A stretch of DNA of 64,000 nt from Octopus sinensis (taxonomy: Eukaryota): assembly GCF_006345805.1 (NCBI RefSeq), contig NC_043003.1:102796001-102860000 (forward strand), read 5' to 3'. The notes under the pieces are model-generated. The model saw only the letters and a program-made list of their open reading frames with translations. It was not told the origin of the DNA and did not search any database. Made by a program: the position numbers and the translations under genes. Shown one piece after another: positions 26,935-39,338 of this stretch (positions are counted from its first letter, which is position 1; each line of letters opens with the position of its first letter).

Positions 26935-27210
26935 CGAGCAGTATCGCCCGGCGTTGCTCGGGTTTGTAAGGGAAATAACTATATAAGCATTTTTAGAGAG
27001 TTACTTCTCTTATATAATAGCAAAAAATTGCATTAAAAATGGGAAAAAATTATGGTAATTTTTTTTTAAATCGTAGACTCATCGTAGACGCGCGCTAATA
27101 CCCAGAAGGCTCGATATGAATCACGACTATAAGATACCCGGTTTTGGTTAAACTGCACCGCAAATGTGAGTAGTTACGAATCTAAATCGTAGGAGACAGA
27201 CACAGGAGTG
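26935..27210 (-). mobile_element. Helitron-like non-autonomous element, 3' end at left
   Basis: Minus strand ends with hairpin CCCGAGCAACGCCGGG followed by CGATACTGCTCG; the homologous end at 62477-62499 finishes in CTAG|T. Confidence 0.6.
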
Positions 27211-27240
27211 GCTGTGTGTATGATCAAGAATCTTGATCAC

Positions 27241-27282
27241 AACTGCCTGACAAACAGGAACATTAAACTCTGAGTAGCAGTT
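27241..27282 (+). ncRNA. Degenerate hammerhead-like motif (family E)
   Basis: AACUGC CUGACAA ACA GGAA CAU UAAA CUCUGAG UA GCAGUU. Confidence 0.45.
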
Positions 27283-27312
27283 TTTCTGATGTTTTTACAC
27301 ACACACACACAG

Positions 27313-27346
<34 letters not shown>

Positions 27347-27744
27347 GCACACACACGCACACACAGCAAGATTTGGTGAGTGTCTGATGAAGTGCCACTT
27401 CTTAATATTCAACCCTGGGTAAATTTACACATCCTTTGTAATTTCATCACACATGATCATCAATATGCAATGTGGTTCAAAGCAGAATGCTACCGGAACA
27501 ACTGTAATCAGTATTAAACACATGCAATATTGATATCTTCCTCTTCTTCCTTTATATATATAAAACTTTTGTAAATGCAGAAAAATTATCAAAATTATAT
27601 GGGAAGTCAGACTGTCTTTGACTTATAAACTTTGGTAAGTTTTCTTGCAAGTTAAATAATTAAATTATTTTTTAAAGGAAATACAAAAAGATTGTTTAGT
27701 TGATGTTTATATTTTTAGCATACAGATGCATCATTGTCATCATC

Positions 27745-27778
<34 letters not shown>

Positions 27779-28114
27779 GTCATCGTCATCGTCATCGTCA
27801 TCATCATCGTCATCGTCATCTCATTGTCATTGTCATCATCATCATCATCATCATCACTATCACCTTTGTGAACTATAATCCAAATATATTTTGTCTTATC
27901 ATTAATTATGTAATTATATATGAAGTAGTTACTCTACAAATAAGGCCTTTAAATGATTTTTGGTGAATTATTTATTCTGCAGCTAAAAAAAAGTTATACT
28001 GATGAATTTAGTGATTATATATTGGTTGGTGATGAAATTCCTGAACAATGAAATTACTGGTATTGTGCTTACGAAGATTTAATTATGCATAATAAATTCA
28101 AGTCAACATTCAGT

Positions 28115-28290
28115 GACCGTATATTCTTTTCTACTCAAGGTACAAAGCCTGTAATCTTTGGGGAGGGAGCCAGTCGATTAGATTGATCCCAGTACACAAC
28201 TGGTACTTAATTTATCAACCCCAAAAAGAATGAAAGGCAAAGTCAACCTCAGCGGAATTTGAACTCAAAACATAAAGACAGACGAAATAT
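28115..28290 (-). mobile_element. S1 SINE fragment
   Basis: ACTGGTACTTAATTTATCAACCCCAAAAAGAATGAAAGGCAAAGTCAACC. Confidence 0.75.
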
Positions 28291-28529
28291 CGGTGACCAT
28301 ACATTGCTTGAGTTATGCGTGTTCATGCTGGAGCTAACACAGATAAAGATAGAAAGTGATCTTATTACATGGTCCAGACTCATCTGTGTGTTTACACTAT
28401 TCTGTTCCAGTGCATGCACATACAACTCCCATGATGGAAACGAATCCCCAAAACACTTAATTTGTGATTCTGCATTCTATTATAATGGATGTTATTGTTA
28501 TTATCAAAGTAGGTAGATTAGCAGGCTTG

Positions 28530-28990
<461 letters not shown>

Positions 28991-29044
28991 ATACATGCAT
29001 ACATATACATATATATGTGTGTGTGTGTCTGTGTGTGTGTATGT

Positions 29045-29225
29045 ATAGGGGGAATTCACAAAAAACAAAAGACAAAGACAGGTGGTGTAGACAACAAATA
29101 GATGTATTAGTATAACACTCGGGAAGTAAAAAAGTATTTAACATTTTGAGCTTACGCTCTTCCACGGAAAGGAACACAGAAAGAAACAAGGAGATAAAAT
29201 AAAGAATGTGTAGTGGCTAGCAATC
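29045..29225 (-). mobile_element. PLE-like 3' end (family C) with degenerate hammerhead-like motif at 29134-29171
   Basis: Homologous to 33920-34050 and 47560-47750; minus strand CUUU CCGUGGA A GAGC GUAA GCUC AAAA. Confidence 0.45.
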
Positions 29226-29595
29226 TACACGCACGCACACACACACACACACATATATATATATGTGTGTGTGTGTGTGTAATGTATGTGTGTATGTATA
29301 CATGTATATATTTGTGTACATGGGTGTGTGTAGGGGGGGGGGCACTGTCCCCTTGATGTCACATGACAGTTGCAAATGAGCATTACCATCATATACGCAA
29401 TGTTCTTAGTTTTCAATATTCTGCAAAAAAACCATGTCTAACCTAGAGAAAATATTACTTTGCTTGGAAATCGGTAAGGGTTAGCAATAGGACATTCATC
29501 CATGCAGTCATAGAAAATCTGCTGCAATGAATTCCAGCCAACATATGTCAGCATGGAAAAAATGGATAATTATGTCATTACTATTATTATTATTT

Positions 29596-29920
29596 GGTGA
29601 GGGCACGTGGCTTAGTGGTTAGGGCATTCGGCTCATGATCGTAAGGTTGTGAGTTCGATTCCCGGCGACGCGTTGTGTCCCTGAGCAAGATACTTTATTT
29701 CACGTTGCTCCAGTCCACTCAGCTGGCAAAAATGAGTTGTACTTGTATTTTCAAAGGGTCAGCCTTGTCACTCTCTGTGTCACGCTGATTTTCCCCGAGA
29801 ACTACGTTAAGGGTACACGTGTCTGTGGAATGCTCAGCCATTTGCACGTTAATTTCACGAGCAAGCTGTTCCGTTGATCGTATCAGCTGGGACCCTCGTC
29901 GTCGTAACCGGCGGAGTCTT
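29596..29920 (+). mobile_element. tRNA-derived SINE, family S4
   Basis: A box TGGCTTAGTGG, B box GTTCGATTCCC, CORE-like TGTGTCCCTGAGCAAG. Confidence 0.75.
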
Positions 29921-29959
29921 TTAATTATTATTATCATTATTATTATTATTATTATTATC

Positions 29960-30507
29960 ATTGAGTGAGAGAGCAGTTCATGCCATCAAAGTGACACTGG
30001 GGTAAAATATACGAAGCCCAATATACCCATCATGACTACCTGTCTGATAAAGGTACACCAGGCACATGCATCACAACCATATGTGTGCGACATGTTGATC
30101 TCATATCAAGATAAACAGCACATGATCTTGCAGGTGGGGCCCAGTTAGAATTTTCTTCAGGTTGAGTAGCCCATCCCGCTCAAACGGTCCCTGAATAAGG
30201 GTTGTTTAAGGATGTTGAAAGAACCACCCATGTTTCCAGAGGTGAACTATTCAAACCCCAAAGAATCCCTCTCAACACATGGCTATGATGCTCCCCCACT
30301 GCTTCTGCTCGTGATCAGAGATGCACATATTGTCAGCCACTAAGGGACATGCTCAACTGGTTAAGGTCAAACAACTGACAAGCAAATCTGTGGTATTGAG
30401 CAGAATATTTGCTGTAGCCCATCTTTTATACCAAGACAAAACAATGTACATGATAACACTTCCAATCAGTTAAGATCAGAAGCCATGAGAGCCACTGCCT
30501 GGTACTG
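29960..30507 (-). mobile_element. Unclassified ~550-bp interspersed repeat with (AAT)n tail; second copy at 38930-39338
   Basis: High similarity between the two copies (e.g. GCCATCAAAGTGACACTGGGGTAAAATA, GTCAGCCACTAAGGGACATGCTCAACTGG). Confidence 0.7.
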
Positions 30508-30508
30508 C

Positions 30509-30553
<45 letters not shown>

Positions 30554-30569
30554 TACTACTACTACTATA

Positions 30570-30607
<38 letters not shown>

Positions 30608-30662
30608 TACTACTACTACTATAATTATTATTATTATTATTATTATTACTACTACTACTATA

Positions 30663-30742
<80 letters not shown>

Positions 30743-30788
30743 TACTACTACTATAATTATTATTATTATATTATTATTATTATTATTA

Positions 30789-30822
<34 letters not shown>
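30508..30822. repeat. Compound (ATT)n/(ACT)n trinucleotide tract
   Basis: Module (ATT)n(ACT)m-ATA repeated about four times. Confidence 0.95.
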
Positions 30823-30823
<1 letters not shown>

Positions 30824-31379
30824 CTTAATTAATTTAATGCTCACAGAAAATAATGTCTTGTGCTAGGACATATTTGAAAATTTTCCTTTTCATGTTATGA
30901 GTACAGAGAAGAAGAGAGAGAAAGAAGAAACATTTGATAATACCAACTGAAAAAAAAAAACCCCTCTGGAAATAGAATCAAAAACATGGATAACTACTGT
31001 AAGTTGAGACCATTTCCAATTGAACTGAATATAATATTAATTTAATCAGTTCAATTGATTTCAATTGAATTCTCATGAAAAAACATGATCTTTGTTGTTG
31101 CTTTTCAGAAAGGACAAGGTTTCTTTCATGATTGGAAACCTTAATAATGATGTTAATTGAAACAGAATGTAAAAATGAAAATCTAAAGGGTATCCCAGTG
31201 CTTCAGAGGGAATTTTATAGTCTGGTTGTTATTGGTAAGTGTTTCCGGATCAACACTTACCAAGTCTCTTCTTTCCGGATCAACACTTACCAAGTCTCTT
31301 CTTAAGGTTGGTTAGGACAGCAGTATATAATAATGGATAATTTAGCCATCATCATTTAATGCTTACTCTTTACTCTTTT

Positions 31380-31775
31380 TTACTCTTTTACTTGTTTCAG
31401 GCATTTGACTGTGGCCATGCTGGAGCACTGCCTTTATAGTCGAGCAAATCGACCCCAGAGCTTATTCTTTGTAAGCCTAGTACTTATTCTATCACTCTCT
31501 TTTGCCGAACCACTAAGTTACAGGGACGTAAACACACCAGCATCGGTTGTCAAGCGATGTTGGGGGACAAACACAAACACATATATACATATACATATAT
31601 ATACATATACGACGGGCTTCTTCCAGTTTCCGTCTACCAAATCCACTCACAAGGCTTTGGTCGGCCCGAGGCTATAGAAGAAGACACTTGCCCAAGGTGC
31701 CATGCAGTGGGACTGTACCCGGGATCATGTGGTTGGTAAGCAAGCTACTTACCATACAGCCACTCCTGCGCTTAT
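31380..31775 (-). mobile_element. Full-length S2 SINE
   Basis: Head, CORE-like block, microsatellite and 3' part all present. Confidence 0.85.
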
Positions 31776-32574
31776 ATAATGTTCTTATATAAGATGGTAG
31801 TGTGATTTGAGAGAGGATTAGCTGCTATTTCTAGGAGGTTGTCTGATCATGCAGAAGTTCTTTCACTGGCTTACTGTTAGTGGTCCCAAATCTAACCCCA
31901 AATTGCACCTGATCAAATTAAGATATTGATCAAAGATATTCCAACCAAAGCTGTCCCAGCTTTTTTATATCTATGACTGCACTGTGCATTGAGGCACTGC
32001 TATGACTATATAGAGGTCACATTGTATGCCACAGAAGCGTTGTTGTGCCATAGAGTCGTGCGGCATAGCTCTTTAAACATTGTAGAGCACATCCTTCTTC
32101 GGGTCTGCAAGCAACTGACTTCTTTCAAAAAGAAACAGAGGAATAATGAACCCAATCCTGAACTCTTATTTTGTATATCAAACCCAAAATGATGAAAAGC
32201 AAAACTAAACCTCAATGAGATTTGAACTAAAAATGCAGGGAACTGAAACAAATACCACAAATCATTCTGTTTGATTCTCTACTGATTCTGTCAATTCAAT
32301 TTATCCAATGTAACCATCTATATTAAGCAATATGCCCTTTCTTTAAGATAGTAGGGTGTGATTTAAGGGAAATTTGTCTGTTATTTCTAGCATGTCAAAC
32401 AATCACATAGAGACCCCTAACGATTAACTTTAGTTTCATGGCATTAAGTTGAAGAGAGATTCATGCTCCTCCTGGGTAGGAAGCTTGGTTATCTTACATA
32501 TGATTCCTATTCCTATCAGTGGCTTATGTTGGTTCTTATTGCAGGAGAACGACTGTGCTACCATGTTGAATCTA

Positions 32575-33537
32575 TCAGGTCACCCCATAAGTTCTGTTTG
32601 ATTTTACCTTTTTTAAAATTGAATGAAATTTAATAGTATTTTAGAATACCTAATGGAATTAAAAATTATTTTTATGCATTTGTATACATTTAAACTTATT
32701 AAATATTATTTTACAGAATAATAGAATTAAAATTTCTTTGACTAAAACACTTTCTAACATGGAAGTATCCAAAGAGCATTTGAGGCACATAATGCTTTAT
32801 GAGTACAAAAAAGGAAACTCTGCAACCGAATCAACTCGAAACATGCATTCAGTTTATGGGAAAGAATGCTTGAATGAAAGAACTTACAGAAGGTGGCTTG
32901 CAAAATTCAGAAATGGAGATTTCAGCCTTGAAGAGGAAGATCAAACATTACGTCCAGTTGAGTTTGATGATAAGCTCCTTGAGGCATTACTTGAAGAAAA
33001 TCCTGCATTATCAGTTGAATAATTGGCAATAAAGTTTAGTTCAAACCATACAACTGTTCATCGTCATCTTCAACAACTGGGAAAGCTTCCTAAACTTAGA
33101 AAATGGGTGCCTCATGAATTGTTCGAAAGCAACTGCAAATCCTGAGTTGACATCTGCTTTTCTCTCCATTCTTGTGAACTCAGTTCAACCTTTTTGGATA
33201 GACTTGTGACTGGTGACGAAAAATGGATCTTCTATTGAAATGTTCAATGCCATAAATAGTGGCTTGGTAAAAGGAAAAAAGCTCAACCACAACCAAGAAG
33301 GGATCTTCATGGGAAAAAGGTTCTGCTCTCTATCTGGTAGGATTGCAAAGGAGTAATTCACTTTGAATTGTTACCACCTAATGCAACAACCAATGCTCAA
33401 GTCTACTGTCAGCAATTAGAGCGTTTGAACCAAGCTTTGAAGAAAAAAAGACCAGCTTTAATGAGTCGGAAAGGAGTGATGTTTCATGAGGACAATGTGC
33501 GACCCCACACTGCAAAGATCACATCACAGAAGATCTT
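32575..33537 (+). mobile_element. Mariner transposon, 3' truncated, with in-frame stops
   Basis: TA|TCAGGTCACCCCATAAG TIR. MEVSKEHLRHIMLYEY, WVPHEL, LVTGDEKW, FHEDNVRPH. Confidence 0.9.
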
Positions 33538-33705
33538 ATTACTGTTCTGTACTCAACGAATGCTTCATTCAGAAACATGTGTGTATTGAGCTCTACCCCA
33601 AGTTATTAATATCGCAATGCCTATGCAAATATACATGTATGTATATACATATACATACACTCACACACAAACACATGCGCACACACACACACGCACACAA
33701 ACACA

Positions 33706-33737
<32 letters not shown>

Positions 33738-33749
33738 TTTATATATATT

Positions 33750-33895
33750 TATTTACTGCCCACATGGGGATAAACACAGAGGAGACAAACAAGGACAGAC
33801 AAACGAATTAAGTCGATTACATCGACCCCAGTGCATAACTGGCACTTAATTTATCAACCCCAAAAGGATGAAAGGCAAAGTCGACCTCGGCGGAA
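33750..33895 (-). mobile_element. S1 SINE fragment
   Basis: Reverse-complement core. Confidence 0.75.
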
Positions 33896-33919
33896 ACACA
33901 CACACATATATATATATAT

Positions 33920-34370
33920 ATAGTTCAAATTTACAGAAAACAAAGGACAAAGACAGATGAAGGAAAAACAGGTAGGTGTATTAGTTAGATGTTCAGGAAG
34001 AATGGAAAAGATTTTGTGTTTCAAGCCTACGCTCTTCAACAGAAAGTATTAAGAGGGAAAAAAGAGAAGGAATGATAAAAAATGTAGAGAGAAAAACAAA
34101 TTTCATAGAGATTAATAGTTCCACATGACAAAATCGCCAAAAGAAAGGGGCTGAGTGAAAGGGAGATAATAATATATGCATATTTTCTTTCCTCCACCTC
34201 TATTTTGTATCATATCTAATTTAACTATTACTTAACTATCCTTTTACACCGTTTCCGATGAAGGGATATAATAAATATCCTGGAAACAGCTGTAAGACCT
34301 TCTATCTATAAATGTTCTAAAATCTACTCAGCCTTGGTTTTTTATCTCGTTATGAAAAATAAAATTTATA
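33920..34370. mobile_element. Two PLE-like 3' ends back to back (family C on minus, family D on plus), each with a hammerhead-like motif
   Basis: Minus strand 34012-34045: CUUU CUGUUGA A GAGC GUAG GCUU GAAA. Plus strand 34251-34298: GUUU CCGAUGA A GGGAUAU AAUAA AUAUCCU G GAAA CAGCUG UA AGAC. Confidence 0.5.
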
Positions 34371-34440
34371 TATATATATATATGCCCCAGCATGGCCACA
34401 GCTCATAAGCTGAAACTAGAATCAATCAATCAATCAATCA

Positions 34441-34615
34441 TAACAATTGCAGCATGGAAGGTGTTTATAAGCTGTTTAAGAAACACACAAAAACCGTTAG
34501 ATTCACTTCAACATTTAAATTTAATTTGTCAAAATATTTTTGTCGCTTTGAGACCGCCACCTGTTCACTGACAAAACTTCATGCCGCATCGCTATGCAAG
34601 TACATCTCCGTAATA
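34441..34615 (-). mobile_element. PLE-like family B copy with short inverted terminus
   Basis: Homologous to 15043-15240. Its right end CTATGCAAGTACATCTCCGTAATA is the reverse complement of the family's other terminus. Confidence 0.6.
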
Positions 34616-35159
34616 TATATAGGTATATAAATAAAAAGGAGGTTGTATGATTGTGTATAGAGGGATATATATTATTCAAAGAAATTCCAACTGTCTGTAT
34701 TTTATGTTTTATTTATATTCTTTATAATATTAATGTAGAATTTAGAATATATAGTATAAATAATATATATATATATAGTAAAATTAAATGAAGTATTGAT
34801 TGTCTTATTGAATAGATGAAATATTGAATATAAAATATTAAGGGACTAGTATACTTTTTTGCATTATAGCAGTCTTCAAGGTCCCAGGTTGTGACAGGAG
34901 TATACACATATACATATATACATACATACACACATGTGCACACACACACATACACAGAGAGGCAGGAATAGATGTGGGAGTATAAATGTATGAGTGTGCA
35001 TATCTGTTTGTGTGTGTCTGTGTGTATGTGAGTGTATGTGTGTTGTTCAATACATTTCCACACTAACTTCTTTCCCTCTACTTGATTACTTATGAGTTAC
35101 TACTTTCTTAGTCACACAATAGTCATAAAAGGATTGATTGCAGCATCTGTTTAAAACCC

Positions 35160-35575
35160 TAAGCATGGCTCTATTGTAAGAAGCTTGTTTGCCAACCACA
35201 TGGTTCTGGGTTCAGTCCCACTGTGCAGCACCTAGGGCAAGTGTCTTCTACTATATCCTCAAGCCAACCAAAAACCTGTGAGTAGATTTGGTAGATGGAA
35301 ACTGAAAGAAGCCCATTGTATATATATGTTCATGTGTGTGTGTGTGTCTGTGTGTGTGTGAGTGTGTGTGTGTGTCTTTGTGTCTGTCTTTCTTCTCCAC
35401 CACTGCTTGACAACTGATGTTGATGTGTTTATGCCTCTGTAACTTAACGGTTCAGCAAAAGACACCGACAGAGTAAATACTGGGCTTAAAAAGTAAGTCC
35501 TGGGGTTTAACTAAAACCAGTAAAGGCAGTGCTCCAGTATGGCTGCAGTTTGACGACTGAAACAAGTAAAAGAAT
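35160..35575 (+). mobile_element. Diverged full-length S2 SINE
   Basis: CACCTAGGGCAAGTGTCTTCTACTATA...TGACTGAAACAAGTAAAAG. Confidence 0.75.
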
Positions 35576-35619
35576 GGAAGAATAATGTTTAGACAAGTAG
35601 CAAGCAATTTTTTTCCATA

Positions 35620-35800
35620 CCAAATGACTGTTTTTATGCTTGGTTGCAAAATTTGACCATGCTATCACAAACAAATTAAGCCTGTCAGTTTGGCCTTCCA
35701 TAGTTTCTTTTAAAAAAAGTGCCTGTGGCCTTCTTATAGAATGTCACCATATTGTACAAGTATCTAATGCCATTATACAGCATTTTCACAGCTTTAATTG
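35620..35800 (-). mobile_element. Possible degenerate RTE C-terminal fragment
   Basis: IW*HSIRRPQALFLKETMEG resembles the RTE WFGH..RR...L.K...EG motif. Confidence 0.35.
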
Positions 35801-36010
35801 TTGGTGGATGTCATCATTATCATTTTTTCCATACTGGCATGTGGAGGATGGCTTCAAAGGATCCAGCAAGCTGCAAGGCCATATCATGTTTACATTCGTA
35901 CATAAATTCATACATGTATGCATACATATAAATATACATATGTAAGTACATGCATGCATGCTTGTGTACATACTTACATTCATGCATACATATGTACTAC
36001 ACACACACAA

Positions 36011-36700
36011 GTGACTTTTCTTTCGAAGACAGAACAAAAGAGGCTTATTTGTATCCTTCTAGATTAGGAATACAATGAAGATTTGTTGAGCAGTTCAGGG
36101 ATTCTCCATTTCAGGTCTCTGGAATGAATGCAAATACACAAAAACATTTTATCTTTTACTTGTTTCAGTCATTAGACTACGGCCATGCTGGGGCACTGCC
36201 TTGAGGAAATTCAGTCAAACCAATCAGCCTCAGGACTTATTTTCGTTTTAAACCTGGTACAAATTCTCTTTTGTTGAACCACTAAGTTACAGGTTTGTAA
36301 ACACACCAATACTGGTTGTCAAGTGGTGGTGGGAGACAAACACAAATGACACAAACACACTCACACTCACACATACACACAGACACACACATACACACAG
36401 ACACATGCGCTGTAACTTAGTGGTTCAACAAAAGAGAATTTGTACCAGGTTTAAAACGAAAATAAGTCCTGAGGCTGATTGGTTTGACTGAATTTCCTCA
36501 AGGCAGTGCCCCAGCATGGCCGTAGTCTAATGACTGAAACAAGTAAAAGATAAAATGTTTTTGTGTATTTGCATTCATTCCAGAGACCTGAAATGGAGAA
36601 TCCCTGAACTGCTCAACAAATCTTCATTATATTCCTAATTGAATGGATTTAAAAGGATACAAATATGTTTCTTCTGTTCTTTCTTCGAAAGAAAAGTCAC
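36011..36700. repeat. ~285-bp inverted duplication (part of an S2 SINE plus flank) around a (CA)-rich spacer
   Basis: 36011-36292 is approximately the reverse complement of 36410-36700. Confidence 0.9.
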
Positions 36701-37039
36701 TGCTTTTCAAGGCTTTTATGCAACTCTATTGTTACATAGCTCTGTGCCGATATGGTTTTAGGGTCAAATGACTATCCATGCCAGAGATTCTCAGCGATAT
36801 TTTGTCAATGGAACCTTTTGATTCTTATTTTTACTCTAATGGATCTCTTAGTCATTCAGTGTTTTAAAAAGCCCTATGGTGCTTTTATTATTCAATATTT
36901 TTAGGATTTGTATAAAAACAGTTAAACTATTTTGTGAAGTACAAGCAATTTATTGCACTTAAATTTTAACAAAATCTGATATGGATCCCTAAGGGCCATA
37001 TGGACCCCTGTTAAGAATCACTGATCCATACACTATACA

Positions 37040-37600
37040 AGAGCTGTAAGTTCCAGATTAATTCATAATAGATGTTCTTTTGTTCCACAACTTTGGACGA
37101 GACATTCACATTGGCATGGTATTGACTTTTACAACAGAGTAAGAATCATATATGATGTCTCTCAACAATATCAAATATTGTATTTGTACTGAATCCCTGT
37201 ATTCGTTGGAATATTCCTCCAGTATTCCTTATTTTCAACGGTGCATATACATTTTGGTTCTAGTATTCCTTTCATATGATTGTCAGAATAATTCTTCGTG
37301 TGGATTACTTTGCATGTATATTTTTGGCAATGATATCCCATCTCATGCAAAGATAGTACCTTGTGGACATTTTTGGAAACCTAACCAAGATGAAGATGAT
37401 ATCTTCCTCTATGACATAGCACAATCGATATTTTCTATTTCAATGCAGAGTTTTGGAAGCATCCTTATCTTTTCCATTGATCAGGAACTTAGTAGCTGTG
37501 TCCTATTTTTGAATAGCAAAGGCATATCCTTCAAGGTGATATTGGAATACATCTATCAGAGGTCTAGGAAAGACTACTCTCCCTATCAATGTTGCTGGTA
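37040..37600 (-). mobile_element. Possible highly degenerate LINE RT remnant
   Basis: Scattered VPDQWK and SRPKLWN-like motifs; many stops. Confidence 0.3.
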
Positions 37601-37788
37601 TATTCCAGTTTGCTAGATATGTACTCATGCTGCCATGCCCACATCTTAACACTGAAAACATTTAACAAAATGAAAACAAAATAATTAAATGAGTCATTAA
37701 TGAATTCTCAATCGTTAAAAACAGTACTTCACAAAATATCACCCTGGGATGATGCCATATGTACATACCTACACACACACACACACAC

Positions 37789-37852
<64 letters not shown>

Positions 37853-38089
37853 ATATATATATATGCATGCATATATGGGTACAGGATATCAAAAAACGTA
37901 GACAAAATGGGAAACGAGAACATAAAGAACAGAGAAAACGAATTTTTTTTTCGAACAACGAAAAAAACAGAGAAACGAGACATGCAACATAAAGAATATT
38001 TCCTTCATCAGTTGTCCCTTGTTTTATCTGCTCACGCGGAATAGATAGAATAATACCCTTAATGCCAGAAACTTTTCAGCAGCCCCTCA

Positions 38090-38600
38090 TATGTCCGCTT
38101 GGACTACTGCTCCCAACTATGGTCGCCACACAATATAAAATTCACGGTGGAACTTGAAGCAATCCAACGAAGCTACACAAAGAAAATAATCTCAGTGCAA
38201 CTGAAAGAATTAAAACTCCTCTCCCTAGAACGAAGACGGGAAAGATATGCAGTAATATACATCTGGAAAATCCTGGAAGTCCTTTTACCGAAATTTGGTA
38301 TTGAAAGTTATTCAAACAGTAAAACGGGGTACCACTGCATAGAGCCAAAGATCCCTGCATCACCATCAAAATACAGAACCAGATACTGTAACAGCTTGGG
38401 TTCCAAGGACTCACAGCTCTTCAATATCCTTCCAAAATGCCTCAGAGACCTGCATGGTGTGGATGTGTCTTTAAAATAAAACTGCTTCTCTTCTTATCAA
38501 GGGTTCGAGATGAGCCTATCTTACGGCAGATGAGGGCAGCAGCATCAAACTCCCTCATTGACAAAATGCCGCATGTTAGAGAAGGTTTCAAATAATGGCG
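38090..38600 (+). mobile_element. CR1/L2-group LINE 3' end
   Basis: DYCSQLWSP, LEAIQRSYTKKI, LKLLSLERRRERYAVIYIWKIL, LFNILPKCLR. Confidence 0.85.
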
Positions 38601-38783
38601 TAACATAGTCAACGATGGTACCCCATCACGACCGCAGTTTTGAAGCTGAAACATTTTAAAGAATTAAAGAATTAAATATATACATATAAGAAATTGCAAG
38701 GTTTTATAATAAAGTCGCAATTGCAACGGTTATTAATCGATGCAGTATAGACATGTGTAGGTCTATTTGAAGCTGAATATCTA

Positions 38784-38824
<41 letters not shown>

Positions 38825-38835
38825 TATATATATAT

Positions 38836-38875
<40 letters not shown>

Positions 38876-39338
38876 ACGGAATTAAAGGTAATGCTAACTC
38901 TACTTCATGGTAATCTTTATTATTATTATTATTGAGTGAGAGAGCAGTGCATGCCATCAAAGTGACACTGGGGTAAAATATGCGAAGCCCAGTATACCCA
39001 TCATGACTACCCGTCCGATAAGGGTACACCAGGCACATGCATCACAACCATATGTGCGCGACATGGTGATCTCATATCAAGATAAACAGCACAGTTAGAA
39101 TATTCTTCTGGTCGAGTAACCCATCCCACTCAAAAAGTCCCTGAATAAGGATTGTTTAAGGATGTTGAACGAAACACCCATGTTTCCAAGGGTGAATTAT
39201 CCAAAACTCTAAGAATTCCTTTCAACACACGGCTATGATGCTCCCCCACTACTTCTGCTCGTGATCAGAGATGCACATATCGTCAGCCACTAAGGGACAT
39301 GCTCAACTGGTTAAGGTCAATCAACTGACAAGCAAATC

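Noticed and set aside
27983-28060. Hammerhead (CTGATGA...GAAA) or exon LKKSYTDEFSDYILVGDEIPEQ*
   Set aside because: Stem II does not pair; the exon reading has a stop before a weak donor.
37970-38020. Hammerhead at CTGATGA (minus strand; related repeat at ~50830)
   Set aside because: No GAAA closing a stem II and no consistent stems I and III could be built.
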